Source: a virus. From it: a stretch of 64,000 nucleotides of DNA. Shown piece after piece: positions 9,872-17,894 of the stretch (the first letter of the stretch is position 1; each line of letters begins with the position of its first letter). The DNA lies in IMG/VR virus record IMGVR_UViG_3300021420_000019, positions 37,524 through 101,523 of that record; one strand, 5' to 3'. The position numbers and the translations under genes are program-made. The notes beneath the pieces were generated by a model. That model was given only the letters and a program-made list of their open reading frames with translations, was not told the origin of the DNA and did not search any database.

Positions 9872-10048
9872 CTATTTGATAGTTGAGACCTTGACCAGGT
9901 GGCCATATCCATCGAACATTCTGTATCCGCGCATGCCCTTTGTCTGCCACAGTAGCGGCATACCTGGCTCGATAGTGTACCAGGTCCTGCCAATCAAAAC
10001 CTGATATACAGAATACTGATTGCCTTCGGCTAACGGTGATAGGGTCAT
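9872..10048 (-). CDS. Small hypothetical protein (58 aa, MTLSPLAEGNQY...; not in the track)
   Basis: GGAGG RBS; ATG overlaps the upstream stop. Confidence 0.6.
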   Translation of the reverse strand: MTLSPLAEGNQYSVYQVLIGRTWYTIEPGMPLLWQTKGMRGYRMFDGYGHLVKVSTIK

Positions 10049-10458
10049 TTGACCTCCGCATACGATAGGATAGGCGACGATTTCAAATCATACTTAGACT
10101 CGTAATGTTCTAGGCACTCTCGGCGGTCGATATCAAAGTTAAGCGCTAGCGCACCGAGGTCCCAGGCCTCTCTTTCGGACTTCATGACGAGTTCACCGAA
10201 TGTCTCTTTTCCTGTGTGCTCCCGTCGGGGGTGCCTAGGATCATATTTCATGCCGGGTAGTCCGAATATCTCCGAGATCATGTGCCCACACTCGTGCGCG
10301 AGTGTATTCACACTGGAATACTTAACCGGGATAGAGGTGATCTCTTTACGTACGACTATGCGGAATTTGTTTCTATCGCCGTCTACATCGCCTTCAAAAT
10401 ACGAATACCCGGGCTCGTCCTCATCGATATCTATCTCTACCACTACCGATCTTTTCAT
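10045..10458 (-). CDS. Putative zinc metallopeptidase
   Basis: TLAHECGH...SEREAW. Confidence 0.65.
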   Translation of the reverse strand: MKRSVVVEIDIDEDEPGYSYFEGDVDGDRNKFRIVVRKEITSIPVKYSSVNTLAHECGHMISEIFGLPGMKYDPRHPRREHTGKETFGELVMKSEREAWDLGALALNFDIDRRECLEHYESKYDLKSSPILSYAEVK

Positions 10459-10652
10459 TGCCTGTCCCTCAGAAACTCAGTGCCTGACGTGCGCAGAGCT
10501 TCCCTAGTGTCCTGATCGGACTCTTGTCTGCGTTCGCGGTCGATCTTGACTCGCATAGTGTGTAACTCGGTCGCTGCGAAGCGTTCTGTGTTGTCCTTAT
10601 ATTCTGAACGGGCCATGACTCCTCCTATGTTAGTATATCGATCTTCGTCCAT
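10455..10652 (-). CDS. Hypothetical protein
   Basis: Coupled to the downstream gene. Confidence 0.55.
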   Translation of the reverse strand: MDEDRYTNIGGVMARSEYKDNTERFAATELHTMRVKIDRERRQESDQDTREALRTSGTEFLRDRQ

Positions 10653-10686
10653 TCTGAAATTGTTCGACTATTCATCATCAGCGCAT

Positions 10687-11154
10687 CTAACACAGCCATA
10701 TACGCCAACAGTGACGGCTGACGCCTCCAATACTTGCGGTCGGTGCGTACGCGGTCTGGACAGGGATAATAGGCGCTTGTACATTAGTGGTCGTATTGTT
10801 AGAATTGTTACCGCCTGTCGCTGAATTGCTGTTAGTGTTAGCACTGGTAGCACTTGATGTGCTGTTCGCAGTGCTGGTTGTGCTCTGATTCTGTACCTGA
10901 GTCTGGGTTTGATTTTGTGTTTGATTCTGCAATTGACTCTGATTCTGCGGGGCCACTGTGGGGATAGCTTCACAGATGAATGTCAGACCGTTATCGACTA
11001 CAACTTGACCGTTGCCGTCGCCTGTGCCATTGCCTAGTGTGCCAGCGGGAACCTGTACCCTGACTTGACCTGGGGTTGCGCAGGTCCAACAAAATGCGCT
11101 AGTCGGAATAAGACTGAGAACAGATAGTGCTAGTGCCGCGATGAATGTTTTCAT
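10687..11154 (-). CDS. Secreted low-complexity (Q/T/N/S) protein
   Basis: Signal peptide MKTFIAALALSVLSLIPTSAFC; AAGGAG RBS; own promoter. Confidence 0.7.
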   Translation of the reverse strand: MKTFIAALALSVLSLIPTSAFCWTCATPGQVRVQVPAGTLGNGTGDGNGQVVVDNGLTFICEAIPTVAPQNQSQLQNQTQNQTQTQVQNQSTTSTANSTSSATSANTNSNSATGGNNSNNTTTNVQAPIIPVQTAYAPTASIGGVSRHCWRIWLC

Positions 11155-11184
11155 TTGGTCTCCTTATGTTCTAATTACGCTATC

Positions 11185-11212
11185 AGTATAACAGAGCCTG
11201 TAAGGATGTCAA
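11185..11212 (-). promoter_or_regulatory. sigma70-type promoter
   Basis: TTGACA-N16-TATACT. Confidence 0.65.
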
Positions 11213-11379
11213 GCTTTATTTTCAGAAATCTTTAAGCGCTCTTGGGCCATAACCCAATCGATAGCATCTCGCTTGGAGTCGAAGGTCTTGGCCAAGGTCC
11301 CGTCAATATAGACCTCCCACTCAATCTTGTCTTGGCGTGGGCGCTCGTAGTTTCGGTTGCGTTTGATGATCTTGTGCAT
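11209..11379 (-). CDS. Small hypothetical protein (56 aa, MHKIIKRNRNYERP...; not in the track)
   Basis: ATG overlaps the upstream stop. Confidence 0.55.
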   Translation of the reverse strand: MHKIIKRNRNYERPRQDKIEWEVYIDGTLAKTFDSKRDAIDWVMAQERLKISENKA

Positions 11380-11834
11380 TACTCGTCCTTGTTTTGGTTT
11401 AAGTGACTTGCAATCTCTGTATTTTCAAATACATGGCGAGCAACTGATTCAATATACGCTCTCGGATATGGTTTAGGCATGGGCCATTGCGAGCAAGACA
11501 GCGTTAACTCTAAGATGATCTCAGATAAGGACTTATTGTCCAAAAACATGCTATTTGCACACGCAATCATAGATTCGGTGTTCATGCGAATCGTGTCTTC
11601 CTCTTCAGGCTCGTCAACCACTTGGACTATTGGCTTTGTATTTGGATAAACCCAAAGCCAACCGTTTGGTGTTTTCGCACTGACGAGACCGAGTGCTTTT
11701 TTAGCCTTTCGCATGGTCCGCCAACCTACTGGCGCGATCGTTCGGGCTTCCTTAGATGAAACTGAGCCCTTGGTCAATTTGATCTTGAGCCAAGTTAGCG
11801 CTGCCTCCATTTCTTTTGGTTGTCTTCCTCGCAT
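11379..11834 (-). CDS. Hypothetical, possibly winged-helix DNA-binding protein
   Basis: GGAGG RBS before ATG 11834; basic N-terminal domain. Confidence 0.6.
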   Translation of the reverse strand: MRGRQPKEMEAALTWLKIKLTKGSVSSKEARTIAPVGWRTMRKAKKALGLVSAKTPNGWLWVYPNTKPIVQVVDEPEEEDTIRMNTESMIACANSMFLDNKSLSEIILELTLSCSQWPMPKPYPRAYIESVARHVFENTEIASHLNQNKDE

Positions 11835-11850
11835 AATTCCTCCTGTTTCC

Positions 11851-11879
11851 AAGATAGCAAACTACGAATAACTTGTCAA
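11851..11879 (-). promoter_or_regulatory. sigma70-type leftward promoter
   Basis: TTGACA-N17-TATCTT. Confidence 0.55.
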
Positions 11880-11923
11880 GAGAATTCTTGCCACCTTGTG
11901 CTTAATTGTTGCCTCCTTGACCT

Positions 11924-12165
11924 CGAATTCTTGCCTTCTTGCCAACATGGCAACAAGAAGTCTGCCTCAGAGGGAGAGAGAGAGCAAGTAAACCAATATA
12001 TAAGTATAAATAACTATAAGACCCCTTGGTATTGATAATAAAAGACTTATTATAATCACGTCCGAATTTGTAAAAAGTTATATGACTATTTTAATTAAAT
12101 ATAGTGGTCTCTGTGTCTCTGAGGCGAACGACTTGTTGCCAACATGGCAAGAAGGCAACAATTCG
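11924..12165. repeat. ~58-bp imperfect inverted repeats flanking an AT-rich core (origin-like)
   Basis: cgaattcttgccttcttgccaacatggcaacaag...gcctcagag (11924-11972) versus ctctgaggc...cttgttgccaacatggcaagaaggcaacaattcg (12117-12165). Confidence 0.75.
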
Positions 12166-12890
12166 TTTTTGACCTAAACTACTATGTAAAAATTACTGTC
12201 ACCAACTGTTGGTGTCAGCATTTTAGTCCCAATGGCTCGCCTCGCATTGTGTCACCAGATAATGCCGTGGGGATACAGACATCATATAGGAGACCATGCG
12301 AAGCACATCAGACCAGGGATTTCAGCATTAAGCTGGAAGTGACCCAAGCTGATTAAGCGCTAACTCTTCGACAACATAAACGCTTAAGCCATAAAGCCAA
12401 AGGTCAGCGATGCATTAGAGCAGCCTGGAAATATTCTGGTTCAGAAATTTTCAGGAAATTTGACGCACAAAATGACAAAAACGGCGAAAATCGGCGCAAT
12501 AAGTATATTAAAGCAATATGTTTGCAACGATAAGTGCAACAAAACAAAGGTATTTGCTGCAAAACGCAACAAAATGAGCCGATTAACGACCGTCAGGACG
12601 CTAATCGAGGAATAATAAGAGCGGATGGAAGAGACTCCTTTCTATATAGCTGAAAACAAAAGAGATACCCGGGTGGAGTCCAGGAGTCCGCATCGCCCCC
12701 GGCACCCGTCGATGCCCGATGACGAATACGAAGGCGTCAAAAGTCCCACTAGTACGCAGTAATAACGTAAGGCACTCTAAGTACTTCATTTTAAAGATGT
12801 TACGTCAAAACTGAGTTTGTTTATTGGTCTGAGAAAGCTTTTAAGACCGTTTTTAAGAATGGGAACACCCCGACATCGAATCGGGAGTGC

Positions 12891-12944
12891 GCTGGGAAGA
12901 GTCTCATAGCTCTTCCCGGCACCCTACTATGAGAGGGGTATATG
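12891..12944 (+). promoter_or_regulatory. Kissing-loop RBS-sequestering element, copy 1
   Basis: gctgggaagag[tctcatag]ctcttcccggc a ccct[actatgag]aggg gtat ATG. Confidence 0.7.
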
Positions 12945-13511
12945 AAAAGAGTTAGAGATAGTTTGTTGTCTCCGGAGGACTTTGCTCGTCTTAGGGCAAT
13001 GTCCCCTAAAGTACCTAAAGAAGCCATAGCGTTAAAACAGCGGAAAGAGTCCTCTCCCTTTAGGAAGAGGTTGAAGGTTTCTCCTGTTGTAGTCCTAGAA
13101 AGGGTAGAAAAGCCCGAACTCAGTAAAGACTATCTATCTTTGAGGGCTGCCATATCCGATCCTAGGTTACCTGTTGCAAAAGCCTCTTCGAACATCAAAG
13201 ATGTGTTGTTTATTGGAGACGGTCAGCATATTTGGAAAAGCCAGTGGGTGGCGCTAGCGTGGGCGGAGAAGCATAAGAGTTCCAAAACCCGAGTCCGTTG
13301 GGCTAGTAGTTTTTATTCTATTAAAGGCTACATATTTGCAAGGAACGGTCATAACGAAGCGGAACAGATGTTGAAGTGGTGGGACGGGTTGTTGAATATC
13401 GTACCATATGAGATTCCACTCCCCCCTCCTCCATCAGATGAAGAATTGTTAGCCTGGTGGAAAGAGTTAGAAGCAAAAATGGCAGAAGTAGGTATGAAGG
13501 ACAAACAATGA
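12942..13511 (+). CDS. Hypothetical protein
   Basis: 189-aa ORF with GAGG RBS; no motif recognised. Confidence 0.7.
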   Translation: MKRVRDSLLSPEDFARLRAMSPKVPKEAIALKQRKESSPFRKRLKVSPVVVLERVEKPELSKDYLSLRAAISDPRLPVAKASSNIKDVLFIGDGQHIWKSQWVALAWAEKHKSSKTRVRWASSFYSIKGYIFARNGHNEAEQMLKWWDGLLNIVPYEIPLPPPPSDEELLAWWKELEAKMAEVGMKDKQ

Positions 13512-13933
13512 CCGAAACCAACTACGTTAACCGAGTAGACCAGACGCGTCTCCAGAAGATAGACGGCAGCAAGCTGGCCGAATCCGTGGACGAGGAACTC
13601 TACCCCCGACGGGACAGAAAGATCGGAACTGATCCAGTACCCGTGGCCCCTCTTGTTCCTACGAGCATATATCCGTCCCTTTGGGCTAGCGCTAACCAAG
13701 ACCCGCCGAAAGCGGGCGACACCATAACCACGGACCTGGATTGGGTAAATTCTACCGAACCGGACGAGCTTCCTGACGATGGTATTGGGAACGTGGCACC
13801 GACTCCAGCACCCGAACCACCCTTTGCACTTTACTTTGGTCCCAGTCGAGAAGAGTTTGAAACGTTTAAGAAACAAGTTGTCGCGGCTTTGCGCCATATA
13901 GGCGTAGATGTAAGAAAGTACTTCGAAGTATAA
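13508..13933 (+). CDS. Hypothetical protein
   Basis: AAGGA RBS; ATG overlaps the upstream stop. Confidence 0.7.
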   Translation: MTETNYVNRVDQTRLQKIDGSKLAESVDEELYPRRDRKIGTDPVPVAPLVPTSIYPSLWASANQDPPKAGDTITTDLDWVNSTEPDELPDDGIGNVAPTPAPEPPFALYFGPSREEFETFKKQVVAALRHIGVDVRKYFEV

Positions 13934-13967
13934 ATTGGGAAACGTCCCTCCTGATCCGAGGGTACGA

Positions 13968-14017
13968 GTCGGGGTGGCTCACTCCACCCCGGCATCCCTA
14001 GTGAGAGGGAATAAATG
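13968..14017 (+). promoter_or_regulatory. Kissing-loop element, copy 2
   Basis: gtcggggtgg[ctcact]ccaccccggc a tccct[agtgag]aggga ataa ATG. Confidence 0.75.
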
Positions 14018-14830
14018 CACATCAGCGAGAAACAAGTTCCTGGGAAGGAACACACATTTGTAGCTGTGAATGGAAAGACCGAGACTGGGACTTTACCCGC
14101 TCTTCGTGGGCAAAGCAACTCTTTTGCGTTTTGGGTTAAAGACGAAGCTTGCATAAACGGTGGGTACTGGCGATCCCAGCTATATTTAACTCAGCGTAGA
14201 AAGGATTGGTCTACCGGAAAGAATGGCTTATTAGGGAGAATGAGGAACCTAATGAATAGCCAGAAGCAACAAGCTCAAAGAAACGGGCACAAGCCACCAC
14301 TTGTTACTGCCGAACAGATGTCATCAATGTGGGTGTCCCAGAACGGTTTATGCGCTGCTTGCGGTGGTCAGTTGAGTTTATTAGGTGCTGCTTTTGACCA
14401 CAATCATGAAACTGGCGAACCACGCGGCTTCCTTCATCAATATTGCAATATCGCTGAAGGATGTACAACGCGGATGACGGAAGAAGAATTCAGAAAATTT
14501 GTAGAGTTTATCGGGAGTATTAAGATGAAGCATGATAAAGCGTACGATCAGCCAACCAACATGGCTAACGCTGGCACGACCACACCGGCGGCTAAGGTAT
14601 CTGGCGATATCAAGAATGATGCCCTAGGCAACCCGAGCCGGTTCGCACGTAACGCGAGCACCTCGGTGACCGAAGACACTAACTCTGAGATCGATACCCT
14701 CCGCGAGCTTCAACTCGGTTCAAACGGATATCAGGCAAATGGGTACCACCCCAGGGTGGCGAACTCCCCAGTTCCTACGAGAGGTTTCGGAGAAAGTAAG
14801 GCAGATGTAGGCGGGTACCAAGGCGAGTAA
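14015..14830 (+). CDS. Endonuclease VII-family protein read in frame into a probable resident gene (internal RBS + ATG at 14525)
   Basis: QNGLCAACG...FDHNHETGEPRGFLHQYCNIAEG; gggag-N7-ATG before MKHDKAYDQP. Confidence 0.7.
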   Translation: MHISEKQVPGKEHTFVAVNGKTETGTLPALRGQSNSFAFWVKDEACINGGYWRSQLYLTQRRKDWSTGKNGLLGRMRNLMNSQKQQAQRNGHKPPLVTAEQMSSMWVSQNGLCAACGGQLSLLGAAFDHNHETGEPRGFLHQYCNIAEGCTTRMTEEEFRKFVEFIGSIKMKHDKAYDQPTNMANAGTTTPAAKVSGDIKNDALGNPSRFARNASTSVTEDTNSEIDTLRELQLGSNGYQANGYHPRVANSPVPTRGFGESKADVGGYQGE

Positions 14831-14831
14831 C

Positions 14832-15017
14832 GTGACGGTGAAAGAGTTAATCTCGGAACTCCAAAAGAGAGACCCAGAGAGTCGGGTCTTTATGGGCTAC
14901 GACGGAAACGTAGTAGTATCTGAATCAGATTCGGTTGTATCGCCTTCAGAAGAGGAGATCGAAGTCTGCTGGTGGTCTGTAAGGCCGGGCGATACAGTTA
15001 TTTTGTGTAACGAGTAA
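14832..15017 (+). CDS. Small phage protein (MTVKELI type)
   Basis: MTVKELISELQKRDPE start; tightly packed. Confidence 0.65.
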   Translation: MTVKELISELQKRDPESRVFMGYDGNVVVSESDSVVSPSEEEIEVCWWSVRPGDTVILCNE

Positions 15018-15040
15018 ATAAAGCTTGACAGGAGACTAAA

Positions 15041-15211
15041 ATGATTGTAGGATTAGCACTAATCGCAGTAGCAAGTTTCGCGTACGCGGTCTACAAGCAC
15101 ATGACCTTGTCTTCGGTCAAGGCCGCCGTTCTAGCGGAAGTTACAAAGGTCGAAGCGTCGGTTGTGCCCGAGGTTAAGGCACTCGCGGCAGCCATAAAGG
15201 CAAAACTGTAG
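15041..15211 (+). CDS. Small membrane protein (56 aa; not in the track)
   Basis: AGGAG RBS; MIVGLALIAVASFAYAVYK. Confidence 0.65.
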   Translation: MIVGLALIAVASFAYAVYKHMTLSSVKAAVLAEVTKVEASVVPEVKALAAAIKAKL

Positions 15212-15218
15212 ATTCAAT

Positions 15219-15295
15219 GGCGGACGGGGCGATACAGGTGACGCCCCAGACTGTGAATCTGGGTATAGTGGGTTCAAGGCCCATCGTCCGCCCCA
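15219..15295 (+). tRNA. tRNA-His(GUG)
   Basis: Cloverleaf; loop ctGTGaa; encoded G-1; CCA. Confidence 0.9.
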
Positions 15296-15335
15296 AAAAT
15301 TGTTACGCAGGTCCAAATCCTAGCGTGATGACCTG

Positions 15336-15389
15336 ATCGGGGAGTGCCAGTAACACTCCCTGATTTGACTCTTTACTGGAGGGTCTATG
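15336..15389 (+). promoter_or_regulatory. Kissing-loop element, copy 3
   Basis: ggggagtg[ccagtaa]cactccct gattt gactct[ttactgg]agggtc t ATG. Confidence 0.8.
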
Positions 15390-15887
15390 AGCAGTGCAAA
15401 AGATATGCGAGCGCAGTTGGGGATGTATCCTACAACCGCCAGGCATAAGTTAAATAGATTGATAATGTTTTCTTTAGTTCAGAAGTCCGGATTGGATTTG
15501 TGCTTTCGATGCGGAGAGAAGATACTGACGCCGAAAGAATTATCGGTAGACCATAAGTTGCCTTGGTTTCGTATTTCCACGGAGCTGTTTTGGGATTTAG
15601 AGAACATAGCCTTCTCACATTTCTCCTGTAACTCGGAAGAGGGCCGGTCGAGAAATCCGAGCAATACTAGGAATCCGAATTTAATAGCTCCTGACGGGAT
15701 GCTATGGTGCAGTAGATGTAAGGATTATAGACATATTGAAGATTTTAGTCCATCTAGACGAAAGTCTAATGTTGGGCACGTCTGTAGAAAATGCGTATCA
15801 GATAAAGAGAAAACACGCTATTCTAAAGCTGTAAATCGTCCGGTTAGAGGCTACCGACAAACTATGAAAGCCTCAAAAGATTTTTGA
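15387..15887 (+). CDS. HNH homing-endonuclease-like protein
   Basis: CFRCG...SVDHKLPW...NIAFSHFSCN plus C-terminal Cys cluster; paralog of the 18900 ORF. Confidence 0.85.
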   Translation: MSSAKDMRAQLGMYPTTARHKLNRLIMFSLVQKSGLDLCFRCGEKILTPKELSVDHKLPWFRISTELFWDLENIAFSHFSCNSEEGRSRNPSNTRNPNLIAPDGMLWCSRCKDYRHIEDFSPSRRKSNVGHVCRKCVSDKEKTRYSKAVNRPVRGYRQTMKASKDF

Positions 15888-15896
15888 AAATAAGTG

Positions 15897-15925
15897 TTGA
15901 CAAACAAAACGGTTTGTGAGACACT
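15897..15925 (+). promoter_or_regulatory. Probable promoter of the tRNA/ncRNA array
   Basis: TTGACA-N17-GACACT. Confidence 0.55.
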
Positions 15926-16148
15926 ATGAAAGTCGAGAACGGAGATACCCACCGACTAATGTCACGGGCTTCGCTCGACAAAGTTTGATACTGTTTCATG
16001 CCGGAGAGATGCTAAAGCCGTGCACGGCTAATCTGGTGTGATGACATCGACCGGAGTCACTCCCTTTAGGGCGTGAACTCCTTAGCCTGGTCAGCCGTTG
16101 ACGCGAAGGCATCCGGTCTAGAACGTTTTCGTCGGCGAATATTTTTAT

Positions 16149-16223
16149 CCTTGTCTGATGTTAATGGTAGCATTCCTGTTTGAAGCACAGGCTGTAACCG
16201 TTCGAGCCGGTTGGCAAGGACCA
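16149..16223 (+). tRNA. tRNA-Phe(GAA)
   Basis: cctgt ttGAAgc acagg; GTTCGA; CCA. Confidence 0.85.
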
Positions 16224-16305
16224 GTTAGAGACATGCGGAGTCCGCGACGGATAGAAACGGCGCGGAATCCTACAGCGAGACGCAAGTCACCATGTCCACG
16301 TTTAT

Positions 16306-16393
16306 GCGTCTGTGGATGGAATAGGCAGACACGTCGGTCTCAAAAACCGATGACAGAGATGGCGTGGGAGTTCGAGTCTCCCCGGACGCACCA
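16306..16393 (+). tRNA. tRNA-Leu(CAA)
   Basis: Class II cloverleaf; ctCAAaa; CCA. Confidence 0.9.
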
Positions 16394-16400
16394 ATTTTAT

Positions 16401-16490
16401 TGTGGGCAGCATTGGATGCAGCGGACACTTATAAAGTCCGAATCAGCAGATCGCTGAGCCGATAGGGTCCGATTCCCTAGTCCACAACCA
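16401..16490 (+). tRNA. tRNA with UAU anticodon (Ile) and long variable arm
   Basis: ctTATaa; V-arm tcagc-agatc-gctga; T arm taggg tccgatt cccta; CCA. Confidence 0.7.
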
Positions 16491-16495
16491 AGTTT

Positions 16496-16581
16496 GCCGT
16501 TGTGACGGAATGGTATACGAGGGAGTCTTAAAAACTCCTGTGCTCACGCACATGCTGGTTCGAGTCCAGTCAACGGCACCA
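16496..16581 (+). tRNA. tRNA-Leu(UAA)
   Basis: ggagt ctTAAaa actcc; CCA. Confidence 0.92.
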
Positions 16582-16585
16582 ATCT

Positions 16586-16653
16586 GGCGGAGACAGAGGT
16601 TCGATTCCTCTCTTAGGTCACTGACCCGAGTCGTCTAGCGGCAGGATACCGCC
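16586..16653 (+). ncRNA. Circularly permuted, anticodon-less tRNA mimic (YrlA-like topology)
   Basis: ggcgg-agac-[T arm agagg ttcgatt cctct]-[closed acceptor-like stem]-tc-[D arm gtctagcggcaggat]-a-ccgcc. Confidence 0.7.
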
Positions 16654-16908
16654 TAACAAGATCGCAAGTCCTACGGGGCGAACGATAGAACACGGCAGGG
16701 CGAACTCGGGTGGAAACACTTTAGAGCATCTGTGCTCCGTGGGCTCGGGGAACGCGACATCCCCAGAATTTGATATTCCAGAGACCTGTAAGTCCCTGAT
16801 ACGGCAAGGTCCCGGATTGCCAGGACGGTGCTACGCGCCACGATGGGGCCGCTTTGATGCTACTGGGCCAAGTTAACCAGTCAGTCCTGGCATAGGTATT
16901 CAAGTTTT

Positions 16909-16984
16909 GAATTCGTAGCTCAATTGCTAGAGCAATCGACTCTTACTCGATGGGTTGTGGGTTGGACTCCCACCGGATTCACCA
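16909..16984 (+). tRNA. tRNA-Lys(CUU)
   Basis: atcga ctCTTac tcgat; CCA. Confidence 0.9.
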
Positions 16985-17054
16985 AGTTTGACGTTCACTT
17001 AACAGTGAGATAACGACCGTAGCGGTTTCGCGTGACTCCGCCGTCAAAAGATTC

Positions 17055-17129
17055 GGATCGCTAATTCAAAGGCTAGAAGCGCTCTCTTTTAAAGAGTTAA
17101 TCTCCGTTCGAGTCGGAGGCGATCCACCA
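17055..17129 (+). tRNA. tRNA-Lys(UUU)
   Basis: gctct ctTTTaa agagt; CCA. Confidence 0.9.
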
Positions 17130-17137
17130 AGTTCTAT

Positions 17138-17225
17138 TGAGCCCATGACACAATGGTGTGTCCCTTCTCTGTAAAAGAAGCGGTCCTTGCGACCACGGTC
17201 AGTTCGATCCTGACGGGCTCAACCA
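17138..17225 (+). tRNA. tRNA-Tyr(GUA)
   Basis: cttct ctGTAaa agaag; long V-arm; CCA. Confidence 0.85.
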
Positions 17226-17226
17226 T

Positions 17227-17301
17227 AGTCGAGTAGCACAATGGCGGTGCAGACTCTTGATAGGAGTAAGGCTGTCCGTTCAAGTCGGACCTCGACTACC
17301 A
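17227..17301 (+). tRNA. tRNA-Ile(GAU)
   Basis: actc ttGATag gagt; CCA. Confidence 0.88.
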
Positions 17302-17377
17302 ATATTGATATCCGGGGGACTAACTAGGAGCCGTATAGCAGCCTAGTTCAATGCTGTACGGGAAACCTCCCCGGCGT

Positions 17378-17452
17378 GGGCGATGAGTAGGACGGGAATA
17401 TTCCTGCTTTGCAAGCAGCGAGAAATCGGTTCGACTCCGATATTGTCCACCA
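17378..17452 (+). tRNA. tRNA-Ala(UGC)
   Basis: ttTGCaa; G3:U70; CCA. Confidence 0.85.
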
Positions 17453-17459
17453 AATTTAC

Positions 17460-17532
17460 ACCCTGTTCGCCAAGCGGCTAAGGCATCTGGTTTACACCCA
17501 GACATTCGGGAGTTCAAATCTCTCACGGGGTA
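17460..17532 (+). tRNA. tRNA-Val(UAC)
   Basis: tctgg ttTACac ccaga; no encoded CCA. Confidence 0.88.
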
Positions 17533-17533
17533 C

Positions 17534-17609
17534 GGGCTGTTCGTTCACCGGAATAGGACACGACGCTACGAACGTCGAAAAAAGAGTTCGATTCTCTTAC
17601 GGCCCTCCA
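17534..17609 (+). tRNA. tRNA-Arg(ACG)
   Basis: cgacg ctACGaa cgtcg; CCA. Confidence 0.9.
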
Positions 17610-17613
17610 TCTT

Positions 17614-17689
17614 GACCCTGTAACTCAGCGCACAGAGTGTCCGCCTTCGAAGCGGTTCGCCGGGGGTTGGAATCCCTCCAGGGTCTCCA
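17614..17689 (+). tRNA. tRNA-Arg(UCG)
   Basis: ccgc ctTCGaa gcgg; CCA. Confidence 0.88.
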
Positions 17690-17798
17690 GTATGTTGTAA
17701 TACGAAGCGTAACACAACAGAAGGCGGCTACCAGTTGTGGGTAGGTCGCAAGTGAAATCCAAAGCACGTTCGGTGATAGCCCGGACAACATTTTCTGT

Positions 17799-17886
17799 TA
17801 AGGCGTAGGGGAATTGGTAGACCCGCTCGGCTGTTACCCGAGAGTCGTAAAGACACCTGTAGGTTCGAAACCTACCGCCTTAGCCA
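17799..17886 (+). tRNA. tRNA with Asn (GUU) anticodon and long variable arm
   Basis: ctcgg ctGTTac ccgag; V-arm gtc-gtaaa-gac; G73; CCA. Confidence 0.85.
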
Positions 17887-17894
17887 CTTTCAAA

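Noticed and set aside
9822-10061. N-terminal 80 aa of the track's 225-aa EndoVII ORF
   Set aside because: A different frame has a GGAGG RBS and coupled start (9872-10048); EndoVII more likely starts at 9821
12620-12790. Possible structured RNA (gcgga..gactcc..ggagtc..tccgc)
   Set aside because: Only short helices, a single copy and no recognisable motif; too weak to call
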